From an uncultured Candidatus Saccharibacteria bacterium (lineage in GTDB: Bacteria; Patescibacteriota; Saccharimonadia; Saccharimonadales; Saccharimonadaceae), in NCBI GenBank assembly GCA_946538495.1, contig CAMNGP010000001.1, positions 121,156-185,155 on the forward strand: a stretch of 64,000 nt of DNA. The letters run 5' to 3'. Each line of letters begins with the position of its first letter. Within the stretch, counting starts at the first letter, position 1. The notes under the pieces are model-generated. The model was not told the origin of the DNA and did not search any database. It saw only the letters and a list, made by a program, of their open reading frames with translations. The position numbers were made by a program, and so were the translations under genes. This document shows positions 60,746 to 64,000 of this stretch, piece by piece.

Positions 60746-61033
60746 ATGCTTGTCAAAAAGCTCGCCGACCTGCCGATCACCCTCGTTGGCCCGCTGTTCG
60801 TGGCCATCAACCCCGCGGGGGTCTGCGAGTTCTTCTCGGAGGACCCGTGGAACCCCAACAATTTGGAGGGCTGCATCGTCAGCTCCTTCAGCCCATTCAA
60901 GCTTAACCAGCTTGAGGGCTGGAGGATGGTCAGGAAGTCCAGCAACCAGCCGGTCTTTCTGACCAATAAGCACCAGTCATCTGGGTTGTACTACGAGACA
61001 ATCGTACGTAAGCCCAGTGGAGAGCCCTGGTAG
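60746..61033 (+). CDS. Small GC-rich hypothetical protein (95 aa)
   Basis: AAGGAGG SD; TGCTATAAT promoter upstream; own terminator. Confidence 0.65.
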   Translation: MLVKKLADLPITLVGPLFVAINPAGVCEFFSEDPWNPNNLEGCIVSSFSPFKLNQLEGWRMVRKSSNQPVFLTNKHQSSGLYYETIVRKPSGEPW

Positions 61034-61044
61034 CTTTTCCTCTA

Positions 61045-61085
61045 AGCCCCGAGTCGGCATCTTGCTGGCTTGGGGGCTCTTTTTT
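61045..61085 (+). terminator. Intrinsic terminator
   Basis: ccccgagtcggc / gctggcttgggg followed by T run. Confidence 0.7.
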
Positions 61086-61128
61086 ATTTGATATATGCTA
61101 TAATAGGTAAAAATAAGTGGAGATAATT

Positions 61129-62106
61129 ATGGAAAATAACGATTTTGACGTGTTCTTGTGGGCGAACGAAATTGACGAAGTTAAAAACAACGTTTCGGCG
61201 GAATTGTTCCTGTTCAACAAAAACTACACTCCATACAAGATTAAATACTCTGATAAGCTGACTGGCGCGGTGAAGTCAATGTTTATGCAGGAAGCAATTC
61301 ATTACATTATCGAAGAAGCCGATAAAGGGTTGGAGTGTCGCGAGTACGAAAAGGCCGACGGCGAAGAAAAAGTCATCTATCGCACTTCCCTTTCTAAGGT
61401 TGGGCGGGCCGAAACTTTAATCCATCTGATTGAAAATGAGTATAAAGATATCGACTATTTTTCGGAAAATGAGTACGACTTTAAGAAAGTCAAGGGTATA
61501 ATTGCAAAATTTACTTATCCTGGCGAAGAAGGAATGAAAACTTTTTATATTGCCAAGATTTTGCCAGCTTCTGCCGCTTTGAAGGGAGCCACTTCTTGGG
61601 AAATTAATGGAGAAAGCTTTGAGCCATTTTCAGCGGAAATTGCACTTAAGATGCCAGATGATAATCAAGTAGCAATCATTGATGGTAATATCGTAGTTTT
61701 TAACCAAGCGAAATTTGAGAATTTATTCCAATATGATTATAAATCCCAGGTTCTTGCGGAGGCAAAGGCGAAGGAGTTAACAGAAAAGTACAAATTATCG
61801 TTTTCGGAAGGCTTGACGCTTGATTCCCTGCTCGCCGACAAAAAACCAATACTAAAAAAAGTCCAGGCGATGAATATCGCAGAAGAAATGCCACAAGAAA
61901 AACTGATTGATTATGCAGACGAAATGCAGCTCGAGCTAATGACCGACGATGACGGCTCGATTATTATCATGGACGACAAAGATTTAACGATGTTTGTTAA
62001 TCTATTAAATGAAGATTATTACGTGTCACCAGTTAACGGCAGGCGCTACGAGATAAAGAGCAAAAAGCTCTTAAGCGAACCGGACGGCGAACCGCCACGC
62101 GGATAA
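61129..62106 (+). CDS. DUF4868 / KwaB-like domain protein
   Basis: Recalled resemblance (VVFNQAKFENLFQY; FVNLLNEDYYVSPVNGRRYEIKSK); not verified by search. Confidence 0.6.
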   Translation: MENNDFDVFLWANEIDEVKNNVSAELFLFNKNYTPYKIKYSDKLTGAVKSMFMQEAIHYIIEEADKGLECREYEKADGEEKVIYRTSLSKVGRAETLIHLIENEYKDIDYFSENEYDFKKVKGIIAKFTYPGEEGMKTFYIAKILPASAALKGATSWEINGESFEPFSAEIALKMPDDNQVAIIDGNIVVFNQAKFENLFQYDYKSQVLAEAKAKELTEKYKLSFSEGLTLDSLLADKKPILKKVQAMNIAEEMPQEKLIDYADEMQLELMTDDDGSIIIMDDKDLTMFVNLLNEDYYVSPVNGRRYEIKSKKLLSEPDGEPPRG

Positions 62107-62127
62107 ATAATTATCAAAAAAGTATTG

Positions 62128-62808
62128 TCAATATTTCTTATGCTTTGTCTTTAGATTCCATCTAATTGCGCCATAGATATTAATAAAGAAGAAACCGATA
62201 GCGGCAATTAAACGCATAAGAGTGTTTGCGCCCCCGCCAGCAAAAGCAATCGCCCAAACTACGACCGACACGCCACCACTAATTGCCCATAACCACCAAG
62301 ATTCTCTGTATCTTAAATTCATCATTACTAGCGCGCAGATATCCAAGCAACACATTGTCGAATCTAGAAAGGCCATTTGCTGAGAAGGAATCAGGGTGAG
62401 TAGATACCCAAATATTGCACTACCGATTAAACATGCACTAGTTACGATGACGGCATTTTTGGTAGAGAGGCGTCGAACCTTAACATTTTTCTTCTGATTT
62501 AGGTTCCGATCCCATGCCAAAAAACCCGCAATTTCAAGAGGAGTGAACAAAAAAGCATTGATGGCAAACGAGCCAAACAAATTATTGCGGTAAGCTACGT
62601 AAGCTATAAGCAAAGCATTGATAAGACCAAAAATATAGTTAGATTTTCTGCCTCGTCCAGCTAGGTAGCTTCCGACAAGGCCAGTCATCAATAAGGAGCC
62701 GCCGATAACGATATCATTATTAATGGCACCAATTATTAACGATGATAGGACAAGTACAAAAACAACCAAGCATTCCCTAATGATTGTCGTTTTTTGTTTT
62801 GCTCTCAT
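62128..62808 (-). CDS. pnuC: Nicotinamide riboside transporter PnuC
   Basis: NYIFGLIN, GFLAW, FLDS, RYRESWWLW; multi-TM. Confidence 0.85.
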   Translation of the reverse strand: MRAKQKTTIIRECLVVFVLVLSSLIIGAINNDIVIGGSLLMTGLVGSYLAGRGRKSNYIFGLINALLIAYVAYRNNLFGSFAINAFLFTPLEIAGFLAWDRNLNQKKNVKVRRLSTKNAVIVTSACLIGSAIFGYLLTLIPSQQMAFLDSTMCCLDICALVMMNLRYRESWWLWAISGGVSVVVWAIAFAGGGANTLMRLIAAIGFFFINIYGAIRWNLKTKHKKY

Positions 62809-62815
62809 GCTTTAA

Positions 62816-63346
62816 TTATAACTCAAAATAAGCGCTTTCGACAAAACTGCTCTCACCGAGTGTTTTGAAGGTGCTTTGGAGGTCGTTCTTGGCTTCGGCG
62901 ACCGAATCGTCTGGGGATAAATTGGTTTCGATTTTGGCGTAGTAGCCTGGGAGTTTTTCGACCTTGTCGAGATAAATATTTGTTCCCTCGCCCATGCTGA
63001 GATATTGACGACGACGTGAGATTTCGGCGATTGGTTTGAAACCGAGCTGCAATATCACGTTAACCATGGTTTCATAGTCTTTAACGACGGTTTCTTCGAC
63101 AATATCGACGCCTGAATCTTCGATGTGACGCTTCAAAATAAACATATACTTAGCTGGCTTATCGACGGCATGCATCTCGGTGCGCATAATCAGGCGTGGA
63201 TAGTTTGAATTCCTTTTGTATTCGCGTGGCACATAAATGCGATCGTGTTGCCAATGCACGGCAGAAAAATCTAATTCAATATCGGAAAGTTTTTGTTCAA
63301 AGGCCTCCCTAGAGGAGAGTTTGCACTTTACGATGACTTTTTTCAT
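62816..63346 (-). CDS. CYTH-domain protein
   Basis: QHDRIY, IYLDKVEKLPGYYAKIE, YFEL. Confidence 0.75.
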   Translation of the reverse strand: MKKVIVKCKLSSREAFEQKLSDIELDFSAVHWQHDRIYVPREYKRNSNYPRLIMRTEMHAVDKPAKYMFILKRHIEDSGVDIVEETVVKDYETMVNVILQLGFKPIAEISRRRQYLSMGEGTNIYLDKVEKLPGYYAKIETNLSPDDSVAEAKNDLQSTFKTLGESSFVESAYFEL

Positions 63347-63353
63347 GGCTTAA

Positions 63354-64000
63354 TTATACCATATTAAGATCAATTATGCGAGCCTCAACGGAGCGCACCC
63401 CATTAAAATCATTTTCAACTAGTTTGACGATAGGCTCAATTTGGTCGTAATCTGGGTCAAGATTAAGCCATTTTTCAGGCGCATAAAAAGCGACTAGCTT
63501 AAGGGTTTTGCCGTTTTGGTCTGCTAAATCTATGCGAAGATGCTGGCTGTCGGCACCCATTGTCCTTAAACCTCGAATGGAGACATTTTTAAGAAGGAAA
63601 ATCGGCTCTTCATTCCCTGCACCGAAAGGCTCTAATAGCTTTAAATCTTGCATGAATTCGAGCGTAAAATCAGAAAATTCTTCAACTTCTAAATCTGGTT
63701 GACTGATAAAAAATTTACTCTGATCTGATAAATGGAGATTTCTATAATAATCGTTGATTCTAGCGCGAAATGTTTCAAGTTGATTTTCGGCAATGCGCAC
63801 GCCGGCCGCACCGGCATGACCACCGCCGCTGATAATTGCGTCTTCCAGACTCGAAAGAGCCTCAGCCAAATTAAAATCGCCAAAACTACGGCTAGAGCCT
63901 TTAAAAGTGCCGTTTTCGAGCTCAGTAAAGACAAAGGCTGGGCGATGATACTTCTCTACCAAGCGGCCAGCCACAATACCAATAATCCCTTCGTGCCATT
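63354..64000 (-). CDS. recJ: ssDNA exonuclease RecJ, C-terminal part
   Basis: WHEGIIGIVAGRLVEKY, KGSSRS, GGHAGAAG, LEPFGAGN. Confidence 0.93.
   Translation of the reverse strand, partial: WHEGIIGIVAGRLVEKYHRPAFVFTELENGTFKGSSRSFGDFNLAEALSSLEDAIISGGGHAGAAGVRIAENQLETFRARINDYYRNLHLSDQSKFFISQPDLEVEEFSDFTLEFMQDLKLLEPFGAGNEEPIFLLKNVSIRGLRTMGADSQHLRIDLADQNGKTLKLVAFYAPEKWLNLDPDYDQIEPIVKLVENDFNGVRSVEARIIDLNMV

Overview
Chromosomal window that looks like a reduced-genome Candidate Phyla Radiation bacterium, probably Saccharibacteria (inferred from gene repertoire and gene order). Core genes: murJ (partial), gatCAB, fusA, tuf, rpsJ, a Mur ligase/FemAB cluster, metK with a SAM-I riboswitch, gltX, der, pth, dprA, topA, a VirD4/HerA-like ATPase, a dcw cluster (rsmH-ftsL-ftsI-mraY-ftsW-murG-ftsQ-like), recJ (partial), tRNA-Leu(CAA) and tRNA-Glu(CTC). 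These are interleaved with accessory single-gene units, including four AP(N/D)TG sortase-signal surface proteins plus a sortase. Main unexplained signals: (1) a family of ~100-120 bp palindromic elements, four read through in-frame inside gatA, gatB, der and topA, and one intergenic copy with perfect 19-bp inverted ends that is homologous to the topA insert; (2) a ~310-nt structured non-coding transcription unit beside dprA with a perfect sigma70 promoter, terminator and possible pseudoknot; (3) a 21-aa ORF plus structured RNA inside the dcw operon; (4) a dif-like site where gene orientation flips; (5) repeated TGnTATAAT-N6-ATG leaderless gene starts. All calls were made by eye; no searches or folding programs were run.
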